In this document: piece by piece, positions 9,314 to 18,700 of the stretch
How positions within the stretch are numbered: position 1 is the stretch's first letter
How the letters are laid out: every line of letters starts with the position of its first letter
Virus record (IMG/VR): IMGVR_UViG_3300028586_000002
Location: 1,345 to 65,344 of that record
DNA: 64,000 bases
Reading direction: 5' to 3' (one strand)
DNA from: a virus
Lineage: Duplodnaviria; Caudoviricetes
Notes under the pieces: model-generated
Seen by the model: the letters and a program-made list of their open reading frames with translations, nothing else
The model's database searches: none
What the model was told of the DNA's origin: nothing
Made by a program: the position numbers and the translations under genes

Positions 9314-10673
9314 AACAGCAATGCACGCGGCGCTGACGCGAATGAACATGAAGGAGCAGTTCGTCGCGCCACACTACACCGGCCTGGCCGACGACATGAT
9401 CCGCATGGGCGCCACGAACCCGCAGCAGGCCAACGAGCGCTTCAGGAATGAGGTCGTGCATGAACTGTGCGAAGCGTACGGTTTCCCACGTCGAGAGCAG
9501 GGCAAGCCGTTCGCCTACGCTGACGGTGTTGCCATCATCCCGGTCCACGGTACGCTCATCAACCGTTTCGGCGCCACGTACGGATGGGTCACGGGCTATA
9601 ACTTCATTCGCGCGCAGCACAACGCCGCGATCATCGACCCGGACGTTCACACCATCATCCACGATCACAACTCATACGGCGGCGAAGCGGCCGGCTGTTT
9701 CGAGTTGGCCGATGAGATCTACAAGTCCCGCAGTGTCAAACCGACTTATGCGGTTGTTGACTCGAATTGCTACTCCGCGTCGTTCGCTTTGGCATCGGCC
9801 GCGACGAAGCTGTTCGTCATTCCGAGCGCAGGCGTGGGCAGCATCGGCGTGGTCGCAATGCACGTCGATATGAGCAAGGCGCTCGATAAATTCGGCGTTG
9901 TCATCACGTTCATCCACTCGGGCGATCACAAGGTAGACGGCAACCCGTACCAGGAATTGTCGGCAGAGGTGAAGGCCGATATTCAGGCCGGTGTCGACAA
10001 GTCTCGTGCAAAATTCGTTGCGCTCGTTGCACGCAACCTCGGTCTGGACAGCAAGATCGTTCATAATACCGAGGCGCGCACGTACCGAGCCGAAGACGCA
10101 CTGGAACTCGGCCTGGTGCATGCAATTGCAGTACCATCCGCCGTGCTGCAAACAATCACGGAAGATGAGACGGCTGATGCCGACGAATCTGACACTCAAC
10201 TCTCGACGCAAAAGGAACACACGATGGACAACAATCAACCAGCAGCAGGCCAACCGGCAGCGGCAGTTCAACCAGCAGCGGCAGCGGCTCCAGCGGCAGC
10301 AGCCGGCGCAGCGGCACCGGCCGTTGTCGATCAGGCAGCTATCCAGAAAGCCGAACGCGAGCGCATCAGCGGCATCACCGGCTGCGAAGAAGCGGCAGGC
10401 CGTGGCGCACTGGCGAACCACCTGGCATTCAACACCAGCATGTCGGTGGACGACGCGAAGGTGCTGCTCGCAACTTCGGGCAAGGACGCGCCGCAGGTGG
10501 CCGAGAAGAACCCGCTCGACGCAGCCATGGCCGCATCCGGTGGTGGCGCGAAGGTCGGTTCCGACAACGCAGCCGCAGCCGCAGCAAACGGCGAGCAGCC
10601 GAAACACCTGGCGATCCTGAACGACTACCAGCAGGCGACCGGCCGCGCTCCAGCGCAAAAAGCCGCGACGTGA
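9306..10673 (+). CDS. Prohead protease (S49 family) with C-terminal scaffold domain (lambda C/Nu3-like)
   Basis: NSYGGEAAG, CYSASFALAS, GVGSIGV, GDHKVDGNPY motifs; Ala-rich linker then ERERISGI. Confidence 0.93.
   Translation: MSETAMHAALTRMNMKEQFVAPHYTGLADDMIRMGATNPQQANERFRNEVVHELCEAYGFPRREQGKPFAYADGVAIIPVHGTLINRFGATYGWVTGYNFIRAQHNAAIIDPDVHTIIHDHNSYGGEAAGCFELADEIYKSRSVKPTYAVVDSNCYSASFALASAATKLFVIPSAGVGSIGVVAMHVDMSKALDKFGVVITFIHSGDHKVDGNPYQELSAEVKADIQAGVDKSRAKFVALVARNLGLDSKIVHNTEARTYRAEDALELGLVHAIAVPSAVLQTITEDETADADESDTQLSTQKEHTMDNNQPAAGQPAAAVQPAAAAAPAAAAGAAAPAVVDQAAIQKAERERISGITGCEEAAGRGALANHLAFNTSMSVDDAKVLLATSGKDAPQVAEKNPLDAAMAASGGGAKVGSDNAAAAAANGEQPKHLAILNDYQQATGRAPAQKAAT
10224..10673 (+). 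CDS. Scaffolding protein from an in-frame internal start
   Basis: AAGGA RBS ahead of in-frame ATG 10224 (MDNNQPAAG); analogous to lambda Nu3. Confidence 0.6.
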   Translation: MDNNQPAAGQPAAAVQPAAAAAPAAAAGAAAPAVVDQAAIQKAERERISGITGCEEAAGRGALANHLAFNTSMSVDDAKVLLATSGKDAPQVAEKNPLDAAMAASGGGAKVGSDNAAAAAANGEQPKHLAILNDYQQATGRAPAQKAAT

Positions 10674-10736
10674 TTAGTCGACTGTAACCAAGCGAAGAAA
10701 TCCAACCCATTAACGCCATACCTTTAGGAGAAAAAC

Positions 10737-11144
10737 ATGGCTGAACTCCAACAACGTCCGCTCGATCCCCGCTCGGATCTGGCTGGCTCCGAAGTCCTCG
10801 AAGCGCGCGGTGGTCCGTTCCAACTGTGGGTCGGCGGCGCGCAGGTCGTCACTGACGCTGCAATCGCGGCTGTCGACTTCCAGAAATACGAGATCGCTGC
10901 ACTGGTGACTGCTGCCGGCGCCGACTTCGGCAAGCTGGTGCGTTTCGTGCCAGGCACGCACGAAGCCAAGCAAGCCGTTGTCGTCGCACAGCCGGTCCTG
11001 GCTGGTCAATCGACGCCGTACTGGATGGAAGGTCGCTTCAACCACGAAGCGCTGATCTGGCCGGCTGGCACCGCGTTCGACACGTATGCGGAACGCAAGG
11101 CGTTCTTCACCGGCACGATCCTCAAAGTCGGCCACCTGATCTGA
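10737..11144 (+). CDS. Head decoration protein (lambda gpD-like)
   Basis: Between protease and MCP; GRFNHEALIWP motif; TAGGAG RBS. Confidence 0.85.
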   Translation: MAELQQRPLDPRSDLAGSEVLEARGGPFQLWVGGAQVVTDAAIAAVDFQKYEIAALVTAAGADFGKLVRFVPGTHEAKQAVVVAQPVLAGQSTPYWMEGRFNHEALIWPAGTAFDTYAERKAFFTGTILKVGHLI

Positions 11145-11196
11145 TCCGCCCTGTCCGCAGATCAATTACAACCTCAAGATAGAAAGAACACACACC

Positions 11197-12267
11197 ATGG
11201 ACCTTTACGATCTCTTCACGCTGCAAGCGGTGCAGCGCCAGATCAAAACCTCGCCGCGCTTCTGGCTGGAGAACTTCTTCAAAAGCCAGATCAACTTCGA
11301 CGGTCGCAAGATCCTGTTCGAGCGCGTGTACGGTGAAGACCGCAAGCTGGCACCGTTCGTCGTGCCGAACGTCGCAGGTCGTCCGCAGCGCCTCGACGGC
11401 TTCCAGATGGACACCTTCACGCCGGCATACTCGAAGCAGAAAGATGTCGTGGATTACACCATGCACATCACTCGCCAGGCCGGCGAAGCCATCGGCGGTT
11501 CGCTGACGGTCGACCAGCGTCGCAACGCCGTGATCGCTGAACTGATCCGTCGCCAGAACGTCAAGATCGAGAACACCTGGAACTGGCTGGCCGCTCGCGC
11601 GACCATCGACGGCAAGGTTGTCATCAAGGGCGAAGACTACCCCGAGACCCTGGTCGACTTCCGCCGCAATGCGGAACTGACCCGCGTGCTGACTGGCGCC
11701 GCAGCATGGGACCAGCCAACCGGCAACCCGCTGACCGACCTGCGTGAAATGCGCCAGGCCGCGAACCATTTCTCGTTCGGCGCCCGCATCAGCAAGTATT
11801 ACTTCGGCACGAACGCATGGGAACTGTTCTGCCAGCGCGTCGACCTGAAGGAAATGATGCGCCTGGAGTACGCTGGTCGCGGTCAGAACACCAGCGTCAC
11901 GCTGATCTCGGACGGCTACGACGACACCATCGAATACATGGGTTCCATCGCTGGTCTGAACGGCCAGGGCAAGATGGAGTTCTATGTCGATTCGTCGAAG
12001 TACATCGACCCGGAAACCGGCGAAGAAGCGTACCACCTGGGCGAGAACGACGTGGTTGGCGTGTCCGACATGATGGACGGCGTGCGCTGCTTCGGCGGCA
12101 TCATGGATGCTGAAGCCGGCTATCGTCCGCTGGATCGCTTCTTCAAAAACTGGCGCGAGCAAGATCCGTCGCAGGAATATCTGCTGACGCAATCGGCTCC
12201 GCTGATGGTCCCGCGCGAGACCAACGCGACCTTCAAGATCACGGTCGCACCGCCAGTCGTCCCGTAA
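11197..12267 (+). CDS. Major capsid protein, lambda gpE family
   Basis: 356 aa; F...FF...INF, KLAPFVVP, QSAPLMVP motifs; strongly biased codon usage. Confidence 0.95.
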   Translation: MDLYDLFTLQAVQRQIKTSPRFWLENFFKSQINFDGRKILFERVYGEDRKLAPFVVPNVAGRPQRLDGFQMDTFTPAYSKQKDVVDYTMHITRQAGEAIGGSLTVDQRRNAVIAELIRRQNVKIENTWNWLAARATIDGKVVIKGEDYPETLVDFRRNAELTRVLTGAAAWDQPTGNPLTDLREMRQAANHFSFGARISKYYFGTNAWELFCQRVDLKEMMRLEYAGRGQNTSVTLISDGYDDTIEYMGSIAGLNGQGKMEFYVDSSKYIDPETGEEAYHLGENDVVGVSDMMDGVRCFGGIMDAEAGYRPLDRFFKNWREQDPSQEYLLTQSAPLMVPRETNATFKITVAPPVVP

Positions 12268-12276
12268 CATCAACCT

Positions 12277-12297
12277 GGCCGGGGAAACCCGGCCTTT
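12277..12297 (+). terminator. Rho-independent terminator after the capsid gene
   Basis: GGCCGGG-GAAA-CCCGGCC followed by TTT. Confidence 0.7.
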
Positions 12298-12327
12298 CAC
12301 CACCTCATTTATTCTCGGAGAAGCACC

Positions 12328-12675
12328 ATGCCAAAACGCATTCCTACCATGTCCATCGTCATGTTCGTCGACGGTGTTCGCAAAGTCCTGAAGGCCGGCA
12401 AGCCGTACGAACTGACCACCGCGCAGATCAAAGAGATCGAAGCCACTGGCGGCAAGGACGCGCTGCGTAAGACGGTCAACGAAGAAGAGAACGTCACCGA
12501 CCTGTCGTCGAATCTCGGTGGCGTCGTGAACGCTGCTGACAGCGCCGCCAACCTGGACGCATCGGTCCCGGCGCCGAAGGGTGCAGCGACTTCGCCTACC
12601 ACCGGCAAGGCCAATCCTGCGCCAGCAAAGCCAGGTAGCAAAGCCGCAACCGCACCAGCGGACGAAGAACTGTAA
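12328..12675 (+). CDS. Hypothetical protein at the lambda gpFI position
   Basis: GGAG RBS; position after MCP; Pro/Ala-rich tail ending DEEL. Confidence 0.7.
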   Translation: MPKRIPTMSIVMFVDGVRKVLKAGKPYELTTAQIKEIEATGGKDALRKTVNEEENVTDLSSNLGGVVNAADSAANLDASVPAPKGAATSPTTGKANPAPAKPGSKAATAPADEEL

Positions 12676-12677
12676 TC

Positions 12678-13055
12678 ATGCGGTTCGACTTCGCAGCGGC
12701 TAAGGCCAGCGTTCATCGCATCGTCCACGACACGCTGGCTGTAGAAGCGCTGTACCTGGGCTACGATGACACGGTGATCCCGGTGCCGCTGCGGGTTCGG
12801 TGGCACAATCAAATCGCGAACACCGGGGATCTGAACGGCGAGTACGCGGTCAGCATCGACACCATCGACAAGCTGATTTTCGATGCGACCGAACTGGCCG
12901 AGAAAGCTGTCAAGATCCGTCGCGGTGATCGCATCCAGCTAACCGCCGCATACTTCGGTGGCGCCGTGCTTGAGACCGAAACCCGCGATCCTAAGTCCGA
13001 AGCCGCTCGTGAGATCTGGCATGTCGGACGATACAATGGCCCTATCACTACTTGA
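12678..13055 (+). CDS. Head-tail adaptor/closure protein (gpFII-like)
   Basis: Synteny, size (125 aa) and beta-rich sequence. Confidence 0.7.
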   Translation: MRFDFAAAKASVHRIVHDTLAVEALYLGYDDTVIPVPLRVRWHNQIANTGDLNGEYAVSIDTIDKLIFDATELAEKAVKIRRGDRIQLTAAYFGGAVLETETRDPKSEAAREIWHVGRYNGPITT

Positions 13056-13617
13056 GACCGCTGACTACTTCAAACGGTTTCCTCGCGAGGTCGACAAGGC
13101 CGCGCAACTGTCAATCAACACTGTTGCGAATCGGGGCGCGCTGAAGCTGGCGCGCAACGACATTCTCGCAAACATCAACTTCCCCAAAGACTACCTGACC
13201 GGCGACCGGCTGCGCGTGACGAAGCTGGCGAAGCCATCCAGCCTGGAGGCTGTCATCGGCGCCCGCACTGTCGCGACCAGCCTTGCCCGCTTCGCCGACT
13301 CGTCGACGACCCTCGGCTCGCGTGCTCGCGTGGGCGTGCGCGTGCAGGTGAAACGTGGTCAGACCGTGACGCTGAAGAAGGCTTGGCTAGTCAACCTGAA
13401 AAACGGCAATATCGGCCTGGCCGTGCGCCTCAAACCGGGCCAGTCCATCGACAACAAGACCGGCTCGACGCGGTGGCTCGTGCGCGATAAGGTGGCCCTG
13501 CTGTACGGTCCATCCGTCGATCAGGTGTTCCGCGACGTGTCCGAGGACATCGCCGGCCCGGTCGGCCGCATGGTTCTGGCCGAGTTCAACCGACAATTTA
13601 CGAGGTTCATTTCATGA
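13036..13617 (+). CDS. Neck/tail completion protein (gpZ-like)
   Basis: Basic protein; LYGPSVDQVF motif; synteny. Confidence 0.72.
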   Translation: MALSLLETADYFKRFPREVDKAAQLSINTVANRGALKLARNDILANINFPKDYLTGDRLRVTKLAKPSSLEAVIGARTVATSLARFADSSTTLGSRARVGVRVQVKRGQTVTLKKAWLVNLKNGNIGLAVRLKPGQSIDNKTGSTRWLVRDKVALLYGPSVDQVFRDVSEDIAGPVGRMVLAEFNRQFTRFIS

Positions 13618-14150
13618 GTATCAACGACACCCGCCCTGTCCCGAAGCGCCTGGTCGTGCTGCGCGCATTGCAAGCGCTGCTCGAAGGCGTGTCCGAGGCG
13701 AACGGCGACGCCTACACCCTGGCCGGCAAGGTCTACCGCAACCGCACCCTGCTCGGCGCCGACGTGAACGAAGGACTTGCGCTGCCGGCCGTCACCATCC
13801 TGGAAGCGCCGCGTGCCGGCATCAACGCGTTCGCCGGCAACGAGCGCGAGGCCCGCAAGGATCAGTGGACGATCCTCGTGCAAGGCATGACCGCCGACAG
13901 CCGGCGCAGCGACAATGGTTCAGACGACATCTACTACCTCACTCAAGATGTCGAGCGCCGCCTGCACCGCATGCTGGCCGAGAAGCGCGGCCGGCCGCTG
14001 TACCCGGAACACCACATGCTCGGTGGTAAAATCACCTCCGCTGAAATCGTCGCTCCGATCATCCGTCCACCCGAGGCTGGCGTTGCGAATAATGCGTTCT
14101 TCTATATCGCGCTATACCTCGGTGTCGCGGTACAAGAGATCGGCGAGTAA
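13614..14150 (+). CDS. Tail terminator protein
   Basis: Synteny directly before the tail tube gene; typical alpha/beta pattern. Confidence 0.72.
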   Translation: MSINDTRPVPKRLVVLRALQALLEGVSEANGDAYTLAGKVYRNRTLLGADVNEGLALPAVTILEAPRAGINAFAGNEREARKDQWTILVQGMTADSRRSDNGSDDIYYLTQDVERRLHRMLAEKRGRPLYPEHHMLGGKITSAEIVAPIIRPPEAGVANNAFFYIALYLGVAVQEIGE

Positions 14151-14198
14151 GCACCACTCGCAAACCCTTTTATCACCTTTCTTTTTGGAGAAAACACC

Positions 14199-15044
14199 AT
14201 GGCTGGTCCAGGTAAAGAATATGTCATCGGCAAAGGCCGGTTGTACTTCGCGATGTTCGGTCAAGGCTCGAAGACCAGCGTCACCGGCGAACGTTATCTT
14301 GGCAACTCGCCGGAACTGACGATGACCCGCGAGCAGGAAACGCTCGATCACATCGACGCCGACGAAGGTCTGAACGTCAAGGACGAATCCATCGTCATCA
14401 GCAACGGCATCGCCGGCAGCTTCACGCTCGACAGCATCGAGCCTGAAAACGTCGCGATGTGGTTCGGCGGTAATATCGACCGTTCGGCGATCCTCGCCGG
14501 CACCGCAATCGTGGACAAGGATTTCGCAGCAGTGCGCGGTCGCAGCTTCCAGATCGGCGCCACCGCAGAACACCCGAGCGGCGCACGCAAGATCAACAAC
14601 GTGAAGGTCGCCATCGTCGTGCCTGGTGCGCTGCCAGCCGATCCGCCAGTCGTCACCGAACTGCCGCAACTCGATGGCAACGTCGAGATCGACCTGGACC
14701 GTGGCCGCATCTACATCGAGCGGGACGCACCGGACATCGACAACGCGGACGTGCTGCGCGTGACGTACGACCAGGAAGCAACCGTCCGCACCATCGTCAT
14801 TGCGAAGGGCGATCAGATCCGGGGCCAACTGCGCTTCGAGTCCACCAACCCTGTCGGCTCGCGCAGCGACTATTTCTGGCCGTACGTCACCATCACCGCG
14901 AACGGCGACTACGCGCTCAAGGGCGACGAATGGCAGTCGATGTCGTTCAACTATGAAGTGCTGAAGCTGGACGGCTCGACCGAGCGTGTCTACATCGACG
15001 TGATGCCGTCGAACAGCACTGTCGCTTCCGCAGTTACTCCGTAA
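14199..15044 (+). CDS. Major tail tube protein
   Basis: YVIGKGRLYF...RYLGNSPEL, NPVG...YFWP.V.ITANGDYALKGDEW. Confidence 0.88.
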   Translation: MAGPGKEYVIGKGRLYFAMFGQGSKTSVTGERYLGNSPELTMTREQETLDHIDADEGLNVKDESIVISNGIAGSFTLDSIEPENVAMWFGGNIDRSAILAGTAIVDKDFAAVRGRSFQIGATAEHPSGARKINNVKVAIVVPGALPADPPVVTELPQLDGNVEIDLDRGRIYIERDAPDIDNADVLRVTYDQEATVRTIVIAKGDQIRGQLRFESTNPVGSRSDYFWPYVTITANGDYALKGDEWQSMSFNYEVLKLDGSTERVYIDVMPSNSTVASAVTP

Positions 15045-15058
15045 TAGGGCGCCCCGAA

Positions 15059-15487
15059 ATGTCACTCGCAAATATTCAGATCCCACGCGAAGTTGTGATG
15101 TTTCGGGGCGAGCCGATCCCGCTGCGCGGCTTGTCCCTGAACGACTTCTCAACCCTCATGCGCGGCCACCTGGCCGAACTCAACAAACTCTTCGACCTGT
15201 ACGACAACGAAGAAACCCGCGACACCGCCATGTCGCAGTCCGCGACGTTCGCGATCAAGCTCGTTCAGGAGACGCCGGCACTGGTCGCTCAACTGATCGT
15301 GCTGGCATCGGACTCGCCGCAGGAACAACTCAAGATCGCCGAATCCTTCCCGCTGCCGCTGCAAGTCGAATGCGTGCGCGCCATCATCAATGTCACGTTC
15401 GAGGAAGCGGGCGGCGCAAAAAAGTTCCTCGACAGTCTGATGGCGATGGTGTCCAACCTGCGACCCAAAAGCGCAGCGACGGCCTAG
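15059..15487 (+). CDS. Tail assembly chaperone (G-like)
   Basis: Between tail tube and tape measure genes; carries a slippery heptamer. Confidence 0.82.
   Translation: MSLANIQIPREVVMFRGEPIPLRGLSLNDFSTLMRGHLAELNKLFDLYDNEETRDTAMSQSATFAIKLVQETPALVAQLIVLASDSPQEQLKIAESFPLPLQVECVRAIINVTFEEAGGAKKFLDSLMAMVSNLRPKSAATA
15418..15424 (+). other. Programmed -1 frameshift site A AAA AAG giving a G-T chaperone fusion ending at 15747
   Basis: X XXY YYZ heptamer in frame (GCA AAA AAG); the -1 frame is open to 15747 (ORF 15370-15747). Confidence 0.8.
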
Positions 15488-15739
15488 AGCACCTGACGAA
15501 AGCCGAGCGATTCCATAGGTCGCTCCGCTCTCAGGCAAGCCTGCTGCTCTCCGAGGGCCACACGCTTGCCAACCACTACCCGCTGTCGAAACTATGGATT
15601 GAAGTTGAAATTGCTCGCGAACGAATCAACTCTAAAATAGCAACCGAAGCGTCCTTGATCCAATCGGCCATCGTTGCAGTTCTAGCGCTCGATGGAAAGG
15701 GCGAAAAGAACTTTAACGAACAACTGCGAAGGCTGACCG

Positions 15740-18700
15740 ATGGCTGACCATCAGGACGTAGAACTACGAATCAGGGCAACGAACTATTCCAAAAAACCAT
15801 TGGATCAGGTCGTTGCAGCCCTGAAGGAAATGACTGACGCGCAAACCGCTCAGATCGAAAGCGCCAAGAAAGGCGACGCCACCGCCGAGCAACTTAGCGC
15901 CTCTTACCGCAAGATCGAAAACGCCGTCAAGGGTCTGCTCACGCAGCAGGATCTCACGCGCAAATACACAGATCAATCCGCAGCACTGGCCGCACTGAAG
16001 GATAAGGTCGATGCAGCGCGCGCCGCACAAAAAGCCTATGCCGATGCACTGCCGGTCGGCGTCGACCGCACGAAGAAACAGCAGGACGCGCTCAACAAAC
16101 TCGGCTCGACGCTCAAGAGCGTGGAAGACCGATACCTGAAGAGTGAAGCCCGCCTTGCCGGCACCGCACAGGCAATGGCCGCTGTCGGCATCAACGCCGC
16201 ATCCCTGGCCGCATCACAGCAGAAAATTCGCGATGCCGTCACCACTGCGAACGCCGCGCTCGAACGGCAGGAACGCGCGCTCGACAGCATGGACGGATGG
16301 GCCAAGCAAAACCGCGATGCCAACGAAGCCGCAGCAGCGCAACGCCGTGCAGCCGCAGCGCGTGATGCCGCCGACAGCGACGCGATGCTCGACGCACAGC
16401 GCCTTTCCGATCTGGAGCAGCTATTCACCCGCGAGGTGAACAAGCGCACCGCCGCCATCAAAGCGCAGCAGCAAGCCCTGGAAGCGGCAGCAGCGCAGGC
16501 CGAACGCCTGATGCGTGCCTCGAACACCACGTCACGCGGTCGCACGCCAGTGATCGACGCCGCCCTGGCCGGACAGATCCGCGATATTCAGAATCCCGCC
16601 GAAGCCGCTGTGCGCTCCGTGGCCGGCATCGAAGCGGCGGTGAAGAAGCTCGAAACGCGCGTGCGCGAGATCCGGGGACCAGTGCAGGACTACCGAGGCG
16701 CCCTGGAAGAGACCAAACGGGCGCAGGCGGCACTTTTGACGGTCGCCGGTAACGTGGACGCCTTCACGCGTCAAAAAGCCGCTGTGGTGGCCGCACGGTA
16801 CGAATACACGAAGGCCCGAACGGCGGTATCCGAACTGATTGCCGAATTGCGGTCGGGCGCGGCCGGCGCGGACATCACCACGCGTCTCGCACAGGCGCAG
16901 TCCACCATGAAAGCTGCGGCGCGAGAACTCGGCAACCTGACCACCTCGGCGCACGCATCACGCGAGGCACTGCGCCAGGCCGGCATCGACACGAGCAACT
17001 TGACGCAGGCCGAGGCGCAATTGGTGGCGCAGGCCAATCGCGCGACACAAGCGCTGAACCAACTCACGCAGGCCCACCAGCGCAACGGTGCGGCGGGCGA
17101 CAACGCCGGCTCGCGCATCTTCAACTGGTTCGGTGGCAGCGGTGGCCGGACAACCCTGTCGTTCGCGCAGCGGTTCCGTGGCGAGGTGCTTGCCCTCGGC
17201 GCCAGCTTCGTCGGCTTGTACGCTGCTGTCGGCTTGGCACAAAAAACGCTGGAAGCGTACAACGCGACCAACGCGACCATGAACCGCTTGACCGCCGCGA
17301 ACGGTGGCAACGTGAAGGCCGCAGCGGATGACTTCGCATATCTGGAAGCGCAGGCTGACCGCATCGGCGTCAGCTTCGCGAAGGTGGCCCCGGCGTTTGC
17401 GAAGTTCGCCATTGCCGCGAAGATGGCCGGCGCAACCACGCAGGAGACTCGATTCATCTTTGAAGGCTTCGCAACGGCTACCGCGAAACTCGGCCTGGCC
17501 GGTCCCGAAGTCGAGCGCGTGTTCAAGGCTGTCGAGCAGATGTTCAACAAGGGCAAGGTCAGCGCTGAAGAACTGTCAAGCCAACTTGGTGACGTGCTGC
17601 CGGGCGCGATGAACCTGTTTGCGAAAGCGGCGAACGTCAGCATCCCCGAATTCGTCAAACTGATGGAGGCCGGTAAGGTCGGCCCCGAGATCATGATCGG
17701 CGTTGCGCGTCAACTGAAGGAAGCGTACAGCGCAGCCGGCGCCGGCACGCTCAATCTGGCGCAGGCACAAGCGCGCTTCGACAACGCGGCTACCCGCTTC
17801 CTGAACTCGACAGCGAAAGGCGGCTTCGTCGAGGCGTATAACGACTTCCTGATTAAGCTCACGGCCCTCATGAATGACGGCCAGGGTGACATTCTCGCGA
17901 AGAACCTGTCGGCCGGCTTCAGTGCCGTGGTCGGCGTGCTCTCGTTCGTGGCCGACAACATCGACCTCATCAAAGTCGCAGTGGTGGGCCTGGTTGCTGT
18001 CAAGTTCATTAGCTGGCTCGCGGCATTGCCGGCCCTGTTCCTGGCGGTGAAGACCGAGGTGATCGCGCTGAACGGCATGCTGCTGCTGCTGAACACGCGC
18101 CTCTCGATTGGTGCCATCACCACGGCGCTTACCGGCTGGCTCGGCTCATTGGGTATCGCGACTGCCGGCTTGACCACGCAGATTGGATTCCTGGCGACGG
18201 CACTGCGCGGCCTGGCCCTGGCGGTCCCGATTCTCGGCGCAGCGGCAGCGGCGTACTTCGGTACGAAAGGTATTCTCACGGCGTTCGCCGACAGCAACGT
18301 GGCCGATGCGAAAAAGGCGATTGACGCTTCGACCGCTGCATTCCATAAAGCGACTGAGGCGCGCGCGGCGTTGACCAAAGCGGCAGGCACGAAAGAAGAG
18401 GCGGCAGCGAAGGCGCACTACGAGAAGATGCGCAACCTGGCAGGCGAGGCCGAGAAGAAGCGGCAGGCCGCGATCCAGAAAGCCCGCGACTCGTATGTCC
18501 CACTGACAGCCGAGCAGGAAGCGTCGATGGCCGGGGCTGGCAAAAAGCGATCAGCCAGCAAGTACGCGACAGAGACCGAAGATCCAGGTGATCGTCCTGT
18601 CGATCTGCTGAAGAAAACCAACGAAGAGTTGTTGGCCGAGGACAAGCGCAGCGCGAAGGCACTGAAACAGCAACGCCTGCGCTCGAAGAAAGAAGAACTG

